From positions 200,260,001 through 200,324,000 of the forward strand of contig OZ038378.1 of NCBI GenBank assembly GCA_964036045.1: a stretch of 64,000 bases of DNA. Direction: 5' to 3'. The position numbers were made by a program, and so were the translations under genes. The notes beneath the pieces were generated by a model that saw only the letters and a program-made list of their open reading frames with translations, was not told where the DNA came from and made no database searches. The stretch comes from Eutreptiella sp. 'Long Island Sound 2002'. Its lineage: Eukaryota > Protista > Euglenida. Of the stretch, positions 50,761-63,140 are shown piece by piece; positions within the stretch are counted from its first letter, which is position 1, and each line of letters begins with the position of its first letter.

Positions 50761-51047
50761 CATTGGACAATGTGCTTTCAACTCTTGAAGACCAACATTG
50801 GCGTTTTGTGGGCCACGACTACCTGTTATCACACTTTCATGTGGTGGTATAACAATAATCTCTTCGTAACCAGTGACTTTACCTTATCCATGACCGTGCA
50901 AAAAAGTGGGTTTGAAATGATGGGTCATGATTGGGTTGCCCCCCACGATATACCCAAACGTGCAAACATGGCCAAGTGGGCAGAACAGAAATCGGCTATG
51001 CGCACACAGATAGCAACGCACAAAAAGGTTTCCGTTTTTACTAAGAA

Positions 51048-51389
51048 CAAATTTGGGTGGAATTGGTTGAATCAAAAAGGTGGAATACAGTAGTTTGAAA
51101 TTATGGGTCGAACTGGGTTGCCCCAGGCTATGTACCTGAATGGTGCAGATATGGCCCTTGGCTGCATGGAAAAAGATTGGGTTGGGTTCTGTACTGTAGT
51201 TCTTGCATGCTGTGTTCTGGAGATTGAGTGAGTTTCAAGTCCGGGCAGATTCTTGGCGGTACTTAGGGCGTCTGGATGCGAATCACAGGCACACATGGCC
51301 TTGCTTCAGCACGGACAGAAGCACCCCACGCCTCCAAACAGGACGTTTGAGACTTGATGTTGGTTTGCGTCAAATTGCCTGGGGTCACC
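51048..51389 (+). repeat. Left arm of 342-bp inverted repeat
   Basis: Base-by-base comparison with the reverse complement of 54386-54727 gives 341/342 identity. Confidence 0.97.
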
Positions 51390-52946
51390 CACCGAAACCA
51401 CTGGCCTCTGCATGTGTAGGCTGACACAGGGGCAGGCGGTTGCTGCAAACCCAAAGGGAGGGTAGTGTAGCATATTGAATCCGATGTAAATAGGACAAAT
51501 ACGATAGTGACGCGGCTGGCCAACGACATCCTGCAAGAAGGGTAGGACTGGATATGGCTGAGTTACCATGGGCAACGCGTTGACTACCAGCTCACAGTCT
51601 ATGGGATGGGGCTGCATCACAAGAGTCAGCATCAAAGAACTCAGATTGGCTGTTTGTAGATGGCAAGAAAGAGGTACAGAACTACCTCCGTGACTGTATG
51701 CACACACGCAACCTTCAGGCAGAAGAGACGATGCAACCCCCACCCCGTTGAGATTGTGGTGACCTGAATCCACCCCAGGCACCTGTCGAGAGGTATCCTT
51801 GGGGCCCACACAGCGGTGCAATTGCGCCCAGCAGCAGATCATCCTGCCACTCCTCGCCCACGAAACCCGCACCTGCGGAGGTCTCAGCATTCCAAGTCCA
51901 AGGAGGGGTTTTGACTGTGTTTTGAGGGGAAAAGGAGCGAGCGCAATGGGGGGCACACGGAGGGGTGTAGACCTGCATCGGTGGGTGGTCAACGAAACGG
52001 CCAGCCAAGGACCCCTCCATCTGTCCCTCTGACTCATGTGCTGGCGATGCCCCCCTCCGACAAGCACAAGGGTCCGAGTGGTACGGCGGCGGTCAGTGAT
52101 CTTGCCATGCGCGCAGCTGGACCCCCCCCCCTGCTCCCGTTGCACCAAAGGGGGCTGGAAGCCAGCGGGTCCAAGAGGGTGGGGTGCCTGGTTGTGCACA
52201 GGCGGCCCATAGCAATCCCTCACTTGCCCCCCCCCCCCCCGACCCACCCACCCACCACCACCACTGAGAGCACAAAAAAAGTGCACAAAACCAGAATTCA
52301 TCGTTGGCATCACCTTCTCCGGGGCATCCTCGTCATCCTGCCCATACCCCATGATGATGGGTTATACCCAGAGCACAGTGAGGCTTGAAGTAGAGTCCCG
52401 GTATCCCCCGGTGATACAAAAACGTCCCCCATGCTTCCAGTCCATGCTTCGCGATGCAGCATGTTGGTTGCTCGCGTTACAGTTTACTGGCGCGTAGTCA
52501 GGGCAGCAGAGCCGACACACTGCAGCTCCGAGAGAGACCAAGATAAGACTGTCGTCACGACAGAAGCAGCTCTCCCTTACTCTGCTCCACTCTGGTCGTG
52601 TTGGCTGAAAGCTACGGCGACTGTTACAGCCTTCGAGGTCCGTGTTGTGTGGCTGTGCCTGGGAAGCGTCGGTCGGTCGCATGCGCCCACAGAGCCGGCA
52701 GTGCAGAACCAGGCGACAGGCACCGACGCTGGGCCAATCACTGGGTGAGGACCCGACCAGGGCATGGGCATCCCGGGGAGGGCATGTGTGTGCAGATCAG
52801 ATCTAGAGAGGGTACAGCGAGAGTTGTGTGGGCGACTGGGGCGGCAGGGGACTCACACAGACTGGAGGGGTGTGTGCCATAGAGGCTGAGTGAGTGTGCC
52901 GGTTGGACTGGGGGCGGGGGGGGGGCTTCGGTCGAGCGAGCCCTGC

Positions 52947-53306
52947 CTAGCCCGTCTCAGAGAAGGTGGCCAGGGGGAGGTCTCCGTACTGCCGGAACTC
53001 CCCGTCAGCAAAGATGGGGGTGAAGATGACCCCGCGATTGGGGCCCGGATACGCAGACATGAATGCGTCCCCGGGGCTGTTTCCGGTGGAGGAGTACTTC
53101 AAGTACGCAGGTTCGGACCACCAGCTCTGGGGGTCCGGGAGCTGCACTCCATTGCTGTCGACGGCATGCACACGGCCCTTGGGAAGGCGAAGGGCCGGGA
53201 TCCAGGCCTTCAGAGTCTGGAAAGCACGTTCCCCAGTCGGGGCCATGATACCCACCGTCACAGCTTCAGCACTGGCGGCCATTGTCTGACAAGCATGCTG
53301 CAGCGC
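52947..53306 (-). CDS. DUF1824-like protein, exon 2
   Basis: Acceptor ccctatccag|GCG; TVGIMAP...AF.TLKAW..AL.L...PAYLKYSS..GDAFMS.Y.G..RGVI....Y.DLPL..F matches the cyanobacterial DUF1824 pattern. Confidence 0.8.
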   Translation of the reverse strand, partial: ALQHACQTMAASAEAVTVGIMAPTGERAFQTLKAWIPALRLPKGRVHAVDSNGVQLPDPQSWWSEPAYLKYSSTGNSPGDAFMSAYPGPNRGVIFTPIFADGEFRQYGDLPLATFSETG

Positions 53307-53874
53307 CTGGATAGGGACGCGGGGGGTGACGAGGGAGGGAGGGAGGGAGGGAGGGTGGGAGGGTGGGTCGGAGGGAGGAAGAAAGGGAGGCAAGGGAGAG
53401 CAGATGAAGAAAGAACAAACCCACAGCTGCATGAAGCCGAAGGTGGTGTGGATCTACTGGAAATGTATGCCACTGGCTCGCGCGGCTTGCATGGTGCCGA
53501 TTCACCGCAGTTGCCGGGTCCATCTGTCCCAACCCCCACCCCAATCATACGCCAGGCACATTGTGTGGTGTTGCTGCCTGCCGTGTGACGGGCAGCACAA
53601 CACATATTCATGCGCCTCAATGAGAGACACACTGCTGGATTGTGTCGGGCGCTGTGCACATGCAGCACCCAGTTTGGAGCGCCCTGATCAGAAGTGAATG
53701 CAGAGCGGCACTGGCATAGGCTGCCGAAAGTGCACTTTGGCGCATCACTCATCAGGCCATTGCTTAGTGACCCGGCGGGGAGGCTCGGCCAGGGCTCAGC
53801 CACCCACCCACCCACCCACCCACCCTGCGAGGGGGGCGGGTCTGGAGGAGACGCAACAATGAAAGGGTGGAAAC

Positions 53875-54312
53875 CTCCCGCTCCTTTGCAATGCCGGCAG
53901 CGCCCAATTCTTGGACCCGGCGGAACTCTGCCACCTCAATTGCCTCCCCCTTCTGTCGGGCGAGAGACGACCGCTCCAGAAACGCCTTGTCGTACTCCTC
54001 CAGAAGGCGCTGGGCATCAGCCACTTCCTCGGAGGACGCAGGCGTCGAAGAGACTGCGCTCAGGCGCACGACGTCCGCCGGCCTTTTGTGTGGTACCAGG
54101 GCCCGTGGCACAGCGGTCGCCTGAGGAACGCTGCGAATGGGCACCACAGCAGGGCTCCACTGCACAATGGGGGACTGGTAGAGCGAAGATGGTGGCACCC
54201 AAGACCAACACACGCCGAGCACTGCAGCCAGGCCCACGAACAGGGCGCAGAGGGCCAGCGTACGGGGGACTTGGGGTGGTGGCCGGGGCTCATCGCAGAA
54301 GTGAGGGAGCAT
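53875..54312 (-). CDS. DUF1824-like protein, exon 1: bipartite plastid-targeting leader and start of mature domain (265 aa spliced)
   Basis: ATG at 54312; hydrophobic LALCALFVGLAAVLGVCW followed by an S/P/A/V/R-rich transit-like stretch; donor GAG|gtttcc in phase 0 joins KERE to ALQHAC (GT-AG intron 53307-53874). Confidence 0.8.
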
Positions 54313-54385
54313 GGCTGAGTACGTTTGTGGGGTAGCCCTTCGTGGCACTGATGGGTCTGACATGTCTAGATGAAACGCAGCAAGT

Positions 54386-54727
54386 GGTGACCCCAGGCAA
54401 TTTGACGCAAACCAACATCAAGTCTCAAACGTCCTGTTTGGAGGCGTGGGGTGCTTCTGTCCGTGCTGAAGCAAGGCCATGTGTGCCTGCGATTCGCATC
54501 CAGACGCCCTAAGTACCGCCAAGAATCTGCCCGGACTTGAAACTCACTCAATCTCCAGAACACAGCATGCAAGAACTACAGTACAGAACCCAACCCAATC
54601 TTTTTCCATGCAGCCAAGGGCCATATCTGCACCATTCAGGTACATAGCCTGGGGCAACCCAGTTCGACCCATAATTTCAAACTACTGTATTCCACCTTTT
54701 TGATTCAACCAATTCCACCCAAATTTG
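54386..54727 (-). repeat. Right arm of 342-bp inverted repeat
   Basis: Reverse complement of 51048-51389 with one mismatch; lies 73 bp upstream of the DUF1824 ATG. Confidence 0.97.
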
Positions 54728-55399
54728 CGTTTTGCCAACGCACACGGCCAACGTGTGTGCCAAAGCACTGCTCGGGTATACCCAATAGAAAATGCGGGCG
54801 GTGCTCCGGGAGACATTCCAGGAGATGGCGGAGGGAACACTCGGGAGAGACTGGGGGAAAGGGGCATGCGAACCCGGGTCAAACGGTCCCTACCTGGCTC
54901 TCCTGATACTAATTCCATGGAAATCCACGGGTCCGGGGCTGTTGGCGGCGTGGGCGGACGGGCTGGTTCCATGAAGGCTGGTTGGGTACCCTGTAGCACA
55001 AGCAGTCCCCAGTACCATGTCTTTTGTGGGACCGGGATTGCAGTTTTTGGGTTGCAGTGGAAGGTTCTTTGACTGCTCACGGTTGCATGGAAAGCGAGAC
55101 ACAAGCATCATGATGGCTGAGCACAACAGCATGGCCAAGAATACACTTCTTCAAAAATTGTGTGCCCTTCATTCCATGGTCAATGACAGCGGAAATGTTT
55201 CGTCGGTTCAATGGCTCCATGATGTTTTATAAGCTTGACCGCTTGACGCTGAAGGCCTGACCACCTGACACGCTCACCACTTTGCACTGGATTGCTCTGG
55301 TTAGGGCTCAGCAGAGATGGCTTGGCCTTTTTTGCAACAGGAATGGAGCAATTGGGACCACAGACGCTTGGACACCCACTTAGCGCATAGAATGTCACG

Positions 55400-58300
55400 G
55401 TGCAATAGGGACTAGGTGCCCTCAGAATCAGTTTTTAGCCACATGGCCCAAGGTATGGGCCATTCTTGGTTTCATGGCTGTGCTGCAAAAATTGCACCAA
55501 TTTTGGGTCACAAGCGTTTGGTACATGGGACTCCATGCATGAAGGCCTGTTTTGTCCCATACACTTTGAAAAAGCCTTCGACTTAGTGACACACACCTAT
55601 GCGGAAACCTTCTTTCGCATGATGCACATTCCGCTTGAGTATGTGACCGTACTGCTCAAACTTTTCCAAGCACCTATTGCACCAATCATTCACGGCAGGG
55701 TTGGAGATAACACCGCGCATTTCTGAAGGTGGGGGTGGGGTGGGGGGTAGGGGGGGGTTGCGAACCATGTGTCACCAACGGTTCAAACCAATGGTTTCTT
55801 GTGGTACTAGAGACTCCGGTGCACTGATAGCCATGTCCACAGTGTTCCTTTGTACCCTGAACCCCCCATGTAATCTCCCACCTGTCTTTGTATTGGCATG
55901 CACACTCTTTCATTTGTCATGCCCCGGACCTGGCACTGTGAATATGGCGGCAGCTGTGCTGAATGTTGATGCTACTGCCTGCCGTGTGAAACACGCCAAA
56001 TTAAAGAAGAAGGCTGCAGTGTGTGAGGTCGTGGAGCAACAACGGAAACAAATTTTGGCTGCCAATGTTGTTGTGGTGTCCATGTGGAGTGCGTGTGCAA
56101 GCCTGGAGGATGTTGGTTGCTCTGACCACGTACCATTAGCCATTAGCCATTAGTCCCAATGGGGGGGGGGGTCACGTGGGGGACCACCACCACTCCTTAT
56201 GGGAGTGTCCTTGCCTGCGCATGCACTGCGCGCTACTTTCGAAGAGCCGCAGGCACACCCCTTCCAAACACCCCTAAATTTAGGTCATCCAAAGATCCTC
56301 CCATAGAGCTAGAACACACAGCATAGAAGGTAAAAAATAGTAGGAAAACGAGATTCCGGGCTGTCATGAGATGAGGAGGAGTCTGAGCTTCCTGCACTTA
56401 TTGTAGAGCCACCAGACATATACTCATCATCATCATCATCATATGAACCACCACGAGCAAGACTGCTACTCCTCCCACTGTCACCACTACTGCTAAAGCT
56501 ACTAATGTTGCTACTGTTGTTGCTACTACCGCTGCTACTACTCGTCGGGCGACACAGAAGTTGATGCTCAATGTCGCTATCAACTATGTGTATGCGCAAC
56601 AGCTTTGCTTGCCTCATGGGTTGAACACGCTGGTGGGGAGAAATCAAAATGGCTACATCACCCTTGCCTTCTCGGGTCCCCATGGCAGGGAGAACTCAAC
56701 CTAGAAAAGAGTAGATGTGATGGAGCAAAAAAAAGTGTGAAAAGGGGTGGAAATGGGTGAAGCTGGGTGAAAACCCAAAAGTGCCATATCCCCAATGTGG
56801 AAGAAGCATCAAAACCTACGAGAGAGGCAACAATGATGCCCCTAGGATCACAAAGTATCGGTCTCTAGTACGGCTAGACGCCCAAATAGTTGCATTGCGC
56901 GCGCAATGCGCTAGGTGTGCACCCTATATCCAACCCTGATTCATTGCGGGATCCAACTCGGCACCAAAATTTGGTGTCAATGAGGGGTCACATCCGGCTG
57001 CCCTCTGTCCCCCTCCATGTCTCCATGTTTGCTATGCTCATTTCTCCAATGGCGGACAAGCGGAAGGCTTTGTTGCCCAAAATCACGGTCTTGCTATACA
57101 CAAACGATCTTTTGATCATCATTACAGGCCGCCAGCTCTGATGGGATCTCCGTTGTGCCAAGATGTGGACTGTCTCAAGCTTTTCATGGCCCACTTTGAG
57201 CTGCATGTCAACATTGATAGATCTGCTATACTCCTAAAAGGGGAGTGCCCCCCAGGACTGCAAGTTATTATTCTCAAGGCGACCAAGTAGCCTATTTAGC
57301 AAGATTATAAAGATTCAGGGATCAAGATAGGACATGTGACACACGAATAGTCCTACGGAGCTGCCATGCAAAAGGGCATGGCGAGAGCACTGGCTATGCA
57401 AAAGTGGCCACGGTCGCTGCCAGAGAGGGTGGCATTGCTTAAGTTGTGGATCCTCCCTCTTTTTGTGCATGTTGCCAAATTGATCTTCCCTTCTAACAGT
57501 GTCATTGACTCTCTGTCTTCATGCCTTCAGTTTACAAAACAACACCTGATTTGGACACCAAGGGTATTGCACTGGACATCTTGGCTTATTCTCCAGAGGT
57601 CAGAGGGCACAATCAGACCCCCCCCAAAAAAAAATTTCTGGCAACATTCCTCCCTTTTCATCGATGACGTTACCAACCCTACCCTATAGTCTCCCACCCC
57701 ATGGTCAGCCAACCTTTCTTGCGTTTCGCAACGCTGCACAGCATGGAGGTCGGGCCTACACAGCTTCTCCTCTTCTAGATGGCGACCAATGTCGTGTGAA
57801 AGACCATGCTATACTTGGTGTGGAGTGCTAGAGCCTTCTCACGAGTCAGACAACCGGTCAAAGGAATCACACAGGACCTTCGAGCATACAATACCCCTCT
57901 TTGGCATAATTCGTTGTTTCAAAATCGGCATGGACAAACTTATTACTGCCCTAAGCTAGTACGAATGAACGTTCGGACGGTGGGTGCCATACTGGAAGAC
58001 GACTCATTGTGGAATCATTTAGCCCCATTGTGGAAACCCATTTACGAAGCTGCGTTAGCTAATTCTCGGGACGTCCCCCCAGACGATACAACCCTGCAAT
58101 TACTACTGAACTAGAGTACACCAGGGCATCCCCGCCCCCCCCTCCCCTGCCCGCTCTGCCCTTTTGGACCGAATGGAACAAGTAGGGGGTGGCGCTTGGC
58201 TCAACTGCATGCATTGCCCCCCGCACCGCCATAGAGGTGTGGTAGGCCTTTCATAAGTGCCCCCTCCTAGCATTCCACAAGGAGTTTTATCCATCAAAGC

Positions 58301-59690
58301 CTTTGGGAACGTCTCCAAGTGGGAGACTGACAAAAGAAATGGAAGCCATCAGAAGTCAACAGCCCTCTTGACGGCCACAGGGAAACCATCACACATGCTT
58401 TGTTTGATCATCATAAGCCTATTGATGGCAGATGCCTTCTCCGGGACCACCCGGAGGAAGCACTTTCCACCCCCCGACCCCCGGTTTCCGGGGTGGGCGG
58501 CCATCATGACAGGCTGCAAAGTCCGCGGTGTCCTCAAGCGCCTCCCGGCATTTTTAGAAAGAAAGGCGACGCTGCTCAAGGAATGGGACCGCATCCTGTC
58601 CCGTTGGGAACAATGCCGCCCCCCCCCCCCCCAACTATCGTTTTCAAGGTAGGACCTCAAAGCATTTCGACAATCGCTATTGCAACCCTCCGATACTCTG
58701 CTCTCACTCAACCCTGCCCCCCCCCAACACCGCCCCCTAGAGCAGCACAGCTAAGGGCATGACGCTGACAAGAAAGGAAACTACACTTGGCCAACAAATT
58801 GGACCCGCAACTGCTAGATCTTCAGTCCAACGGTAATGCGCTTGTTTTTACGGACGGCCCAACTAAGGAGTCGGACCAGTTATAGGCTACAGTGTCTACG
58901 TCTGTGGCACCACAACCCTCTCCGCCGTCCTCCCTTTCACGCTACGTCAATCCAATAATGTTGCAGAACTGCAAACCGCTGTTAGGGCCCTCCAAATTTG
59001 CAATAGCACTCTGTACTGATTCTAATTGTGTCTACCTAGGGGCCACAGGAGCAGCCCAGGTATGGCGTGTCCGCGGCTAGCAAGGCTCGTCAGGCCCAGT
59101 GCCCACATCGCACCTGTGGGAACAACTTTTGTATGAATTACACTGCAAAGACCGCATTGTCAAATGGGTCAAGGTACCCTCTCACGTTCAAGTGAGCACG
59201 AACGAAGAGGCGGACAAGCTAGCAGAGGAGGGTCGGCAGAGGAGGGTCAGCGCTTCAGCCATCTCTGCCCGCAAGCCACCCCTGCACATCACCGCACCAT
59301 TGACAGCCCACCACCAGGGATCAAAAAGCAGCGCACATCCCAGCGTGTGACGCTTACGCCGACAGTCTGCAAAGTCTTAACTTTCGACCAAATTGTTGAG
59401 CCATCAATCCCCTTTTTCTCCACTGTTAAATTTCAAGCCCGACTGCAGGAACTAGGGCTGTCGTCCATGGCAACGCCTCACTCATTTTCACCCAGTGCCC
59501 ACTCAGTGAGTACTGCGCGCTCATCACTTTCAGTTTGCAAAGGGAGGTCTCCCCCTTCCCACAGCTCTGCTTCTCCCCCTCCTGCTCCACTGAACGCAGT
59601 GGATGCAGCTCAGGGGAAGACACCTGCTAGTTTTTCTCGGGTGCTGTCAACTCAAATACACACTATGGACCTTCTCTTTGCCCCTTAGGA
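55400..59690 (+). mobile_element. Degenerate non-LTR retrotransposon ORF2 (RT + RNase H), interrupted at ~55730-56935
   Basis: HFEKAFDLVTH (~55560); GVTSGCPLSP (~56985); LLYTNDLL (YADD-like, ~57095); VFTDG (~58845); CTDSNCV..G.T.AAQVWRVRG; HLWEQLL..WVKVPSH..NEEADKLA (~59110-59220). Many stops and frameshifts. Confidence 0.9.
56650..56935 (+). repeat. Family E module at the right end of the insert within the LINE RT
   Basis: Paralogous to 50400-50680. Confidence 0.7.
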
Positions 59691-60199
59691 ACAGTCCAAT
59701 ATGGCCAAGTGAGTGCCTTTAATCCCTCAAGCTGAGCTGTTTCCACCCTTGTGGTTGCATGCAGGCAATGAGTATCTAGCAGTGGCTGCTGCTTATCATA
59801 TAACTCTCAACAGTCTCTCAGCCCAGGGCCACCAGCAGATTGTACGATACCAACACCAACGCATTGTACATACCCGAATCACCAATACTGTTGCAGTGGA
59901 AATGATGATTGTGCCCAAAAACTAATCGATCCCGCCATGGCCATGCATCCGGGTATACCAATACCCAACATGTCAACCCGCAAAAGCAGCCGGCTTAATG
60001 CCATCTTGATCTCCTGTCAGCTGTGGGGGACCCTCACGCCTGACAGCTACCGCACACTCCCTTTCTCCTCAGCCGGGTACCATGATGGAAACATGTGCCA
60101 GCCACTGTGTCTTTCTCGGTAGCAGAATTGGAGACCAAATCAAAACCCACCATATGCCACCCATCTTCCCACTAGACGGCCTACTCCCTCCTTGTAGGG

Positions 60200-60470
60200 A
60201 AGAGAAGGACCGATCGGGTCAGAAACTTCTTGAACAGTTGTGATCCACCATAGAGGACCCCTATCAAGCCAAGCTCTGGTGGAAACGTCAGGAGATCAAT
60301 CCCGTTGCAAACAATTGCAGTACCGCCGGCAACAGCACACGCTGCGCGACAAATTCGGTGCTGTTATCTCCGATCCCCAGCGCATGGCGGCGGAAATCGG
60401 ACTTTTTTGGCAAGAAGCTATGAGCTCCAAGGGGCACACGGTCGCGGAGTGCCGTATGCCTTATTGTTTT
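60200..60470 (+). mobile_element. Second LINE ORF2 fragment (endonuclease-RT linker)
   Basis: TLRDKFGAVISDPQRMAAEIGLFWQEAM resembles the linker motif I..L.D..G..h.DP..hA..h..FW. Confidence 0.5.
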
Positions 60471-62576
60471 TGGGTTTTTTCATGCTAATATGCAACTTTG
60501 CGAATGCACTCTTGGGCCCCACACCATTCGTAGCCGTCACCATGGACGTTGACCAGCTTAGTATGTAGTCTATCCACAACGTCCGGCCCTTCTCACTCGC
60601 TGGTGGCGCGGGCAGGGGGGCGTTGGAGCCCCTTTTCCAGACCTCCCCCCCTTCAGGGCTTACGTGACGGGGACTCCCATGGGGCCAACGGGGGAGGGGA
60701 GGTCTTGAGCTGGATCTCGTATGCACACCCCAGCTGTCTGCCAAAACCTGTACTTGATTGTCAGTCACCGCATTCCCTGGGGGCCGGGGGGGGGTCCTGA
60801 GGTACACAACACAAACGGCTCAAAAGGATCCCCCGCGATGTCCTGATCATTTTGAGGGATGTATCGTGGGGGCATTGTTTTGGAAAAAATCTTCTTCGGG
60901 TCCCCTTCGCGGCGCAGGTGATTGTGGGGCAAGGCAAATGGCTTGCACTGCACAACACAGAACAGGATTGCTTGGCGCCCCTGTACCATCGGGAGACTGG
61001 TGCAAGGACCACGCCACCCTCTTCCAACATTGGGCTGACACAGTGCCAGCAGGGCATGTGTGTGTGTGACACTACGCTTGCGTGGTGCTCCAATAGGTAG
61101 AAGATCAATGTCTCCCACTCCCCGCTACCTTCGTCCTATCCTGGTGGGCCCATGTCACGCCTGGTAGACCCAGTGTGCCGTATCTTAGAGTCCTCATGCC
61201 GTTCTGTCCCTCTGGAGGTCACCTCCCCAAGGGTAGTGGGCCATTGTGAAACGATGGCACGCGCCATGGCGTCGGAGATGCAGCCCATCACAGGTCCTCT
61301 CCCTCACTATTGATGGCAATAGAGGCATCATTAGAGTCTTTAGTCTCGCCTCTTGGGACTGGCCTGTCACCAGAGCCCCCTTTCCAGACCCCCCTCCGCC
61401 CCATCAGGGGGCTCGCACGACCCCCCCCCCCCCCCCCGCCGCTGCGCATGCCAATTTTCCACCTGCCCTCCCTCCCTGAGGCGTTCGGGGCGCAGTCTCC
61501 CCGACGCACTAGTGTGGACAGTGGACAGTGAGTGGGGCTGTGGACAGGGGGCTTTGGGGGACGGAGGAACCATTTTCGGCTTTTTTTCGCATTTCGGAAT
61601 TCCCCGTTCAGTTCTGAGCATGTAGAACACACACGAGGGGCCGGGGGGGGGGGGGGTCAGTTTGGACACACTTCTGTGGATGGACCTTCAGCTTCGTTCG
61701 CGAATGTGTGGACCCAGAGAGAGCCTGTCTGGTGTGCCTTGTGGGACAGCGGGGAAATGTGAGGCATTGTTGACTCGTGTGGTGCAGGTCCCTTCACACC
61801 AACACAGACCTCTTTGACCGGAGGTTTATGCATCATGCACCGACTACGTGTGTGTGGGGGGGGGGGGGGGCGCCGCCCCATTCACTGAGAGTGCAAACAA
61901 AATAGGGCATCGCGGAGCACGCGCAAATGAACCGGCAGAGTCACCCATCCAGGTTTGGGAGCCTGCAGAGGGGGGGGGGGGGGGCTGTCCGGCCATACGT
62001 AACTGTCCCCACGTAACTGTCCCCCGTGAATTGTGCGCCCCCTGGTCGTGAGGGTCAGGTCACATCCTCCGGGGCCCACCCCGGTGTATCTGCCTCGGTT
62101 GGGGACACGTGCTTCAAGGAGGGAGATCGGTATGTGTCAACGGGGGAAATGCGGAGGTTATTGGGGCCGTACAAGTCATGAAGGGGGCGTTCCTGCGCAG
62201 CGCGCGCACAGCGCGGGCGCAGCGCCCAATAGTCAGGGTTCCCGTGACCACCCGGAAAACCACCCACCAGCCGGGGAGCTGCGTCCACGGGGCAAAGACA
62301 GCCGATTTAGATTGAGAACTGACAGCATCGTGGCGTTTGCAGTGCGAAACATGGTTTGTTTTAACTGAGTTTTTGGACTGAGTAGGACTCTGGGGCAGTC
62401 TTGTTACCGCGGTCACCTTGGCCATCGGGGAACACGGGTCCAAAATAGCCTACTTTTCGCACAGCGCGTGCCCAGCGTGCGCCCAAAGCGCTCCATACGT
62501 GCACGACCTGGTCCGCGGCTGCGGGTCCAAGTGACATTTCTGATACACAACGGAATTCAGTCCGCTGACTTGGGTA

Positions 62577-62812
62577 CAGGCCTTTGCTTAGTGATACTGG
62601 GGGGGGGGGGGGGGTCAAATTGGCCCCCGGGATTTTGGCTGACCCACCCACCCACCCACATCAGAAAATTTTTCCTCAGGAAAAAAATGAAATTTATCAA
62701 AGAGGCCCGAACTTGGAGGTCGATTTTAGGTACACAAACTTTTTTTTGGCCTCTGACCCACCCACCCACCCCCCCCTGCGGTATACTATCAACCAGACTA
62801 AGCAAAAGCCTG
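62577..62812. mobile_element. 236-bp hAT-type MITE, intact
   Basis: TIR CAGGCYTTTGCTTAGT at both ends; perfect 8-bp TSD CTTGGGTA at 62569-62576 and 62813-62820. Confidence 0.92.
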
Positions 62813-63114
62813 CTTGGGTAACCGTGTGACAGTGTTCCATGTGTGAGTGTTGCCGCGAAGGCTACGCGGCGGGGCAGCCATGCCACAGGTACCCCAGGCA
62901 AAGGCAACGCCCACCTCTCGCACCCTTGCCAGCCCCCTCCACCTCGATCAGAGCCTGGCTGACAGCCCCTTCCGGTGCGTGCAGAGGTGGTGGCCCCCCT
63001 TGCGCACACAACGGCAAAGGCCCTGAAGGTTGCGGAACCATGTCTGCTCCAAGAGCGCCCACACCTCGTGTCAGCGGCTTGTGAGGGTACAGCAATTTTG
63101 TATGCAACGAGCAA

Positions 63115-63140
63115 GACTAGGACCCAGCTCGGTCCTAGTC
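63115..63140. repeat. Perfect 10-bp hairpin overlapping a solo family A right-end motif
   Basis: gactaggacc-cagctc-ggtcctagtc, continuing into gtcttgatta..gggttagg. Confidence 0.7.

Noticed and set aside
51306-52352. 348-aa minus-strand ORF inside the inverted-repeat cassette
   Set aside because: No domain or coding-like composition; it crosses a poly-C tract and the repeat arm
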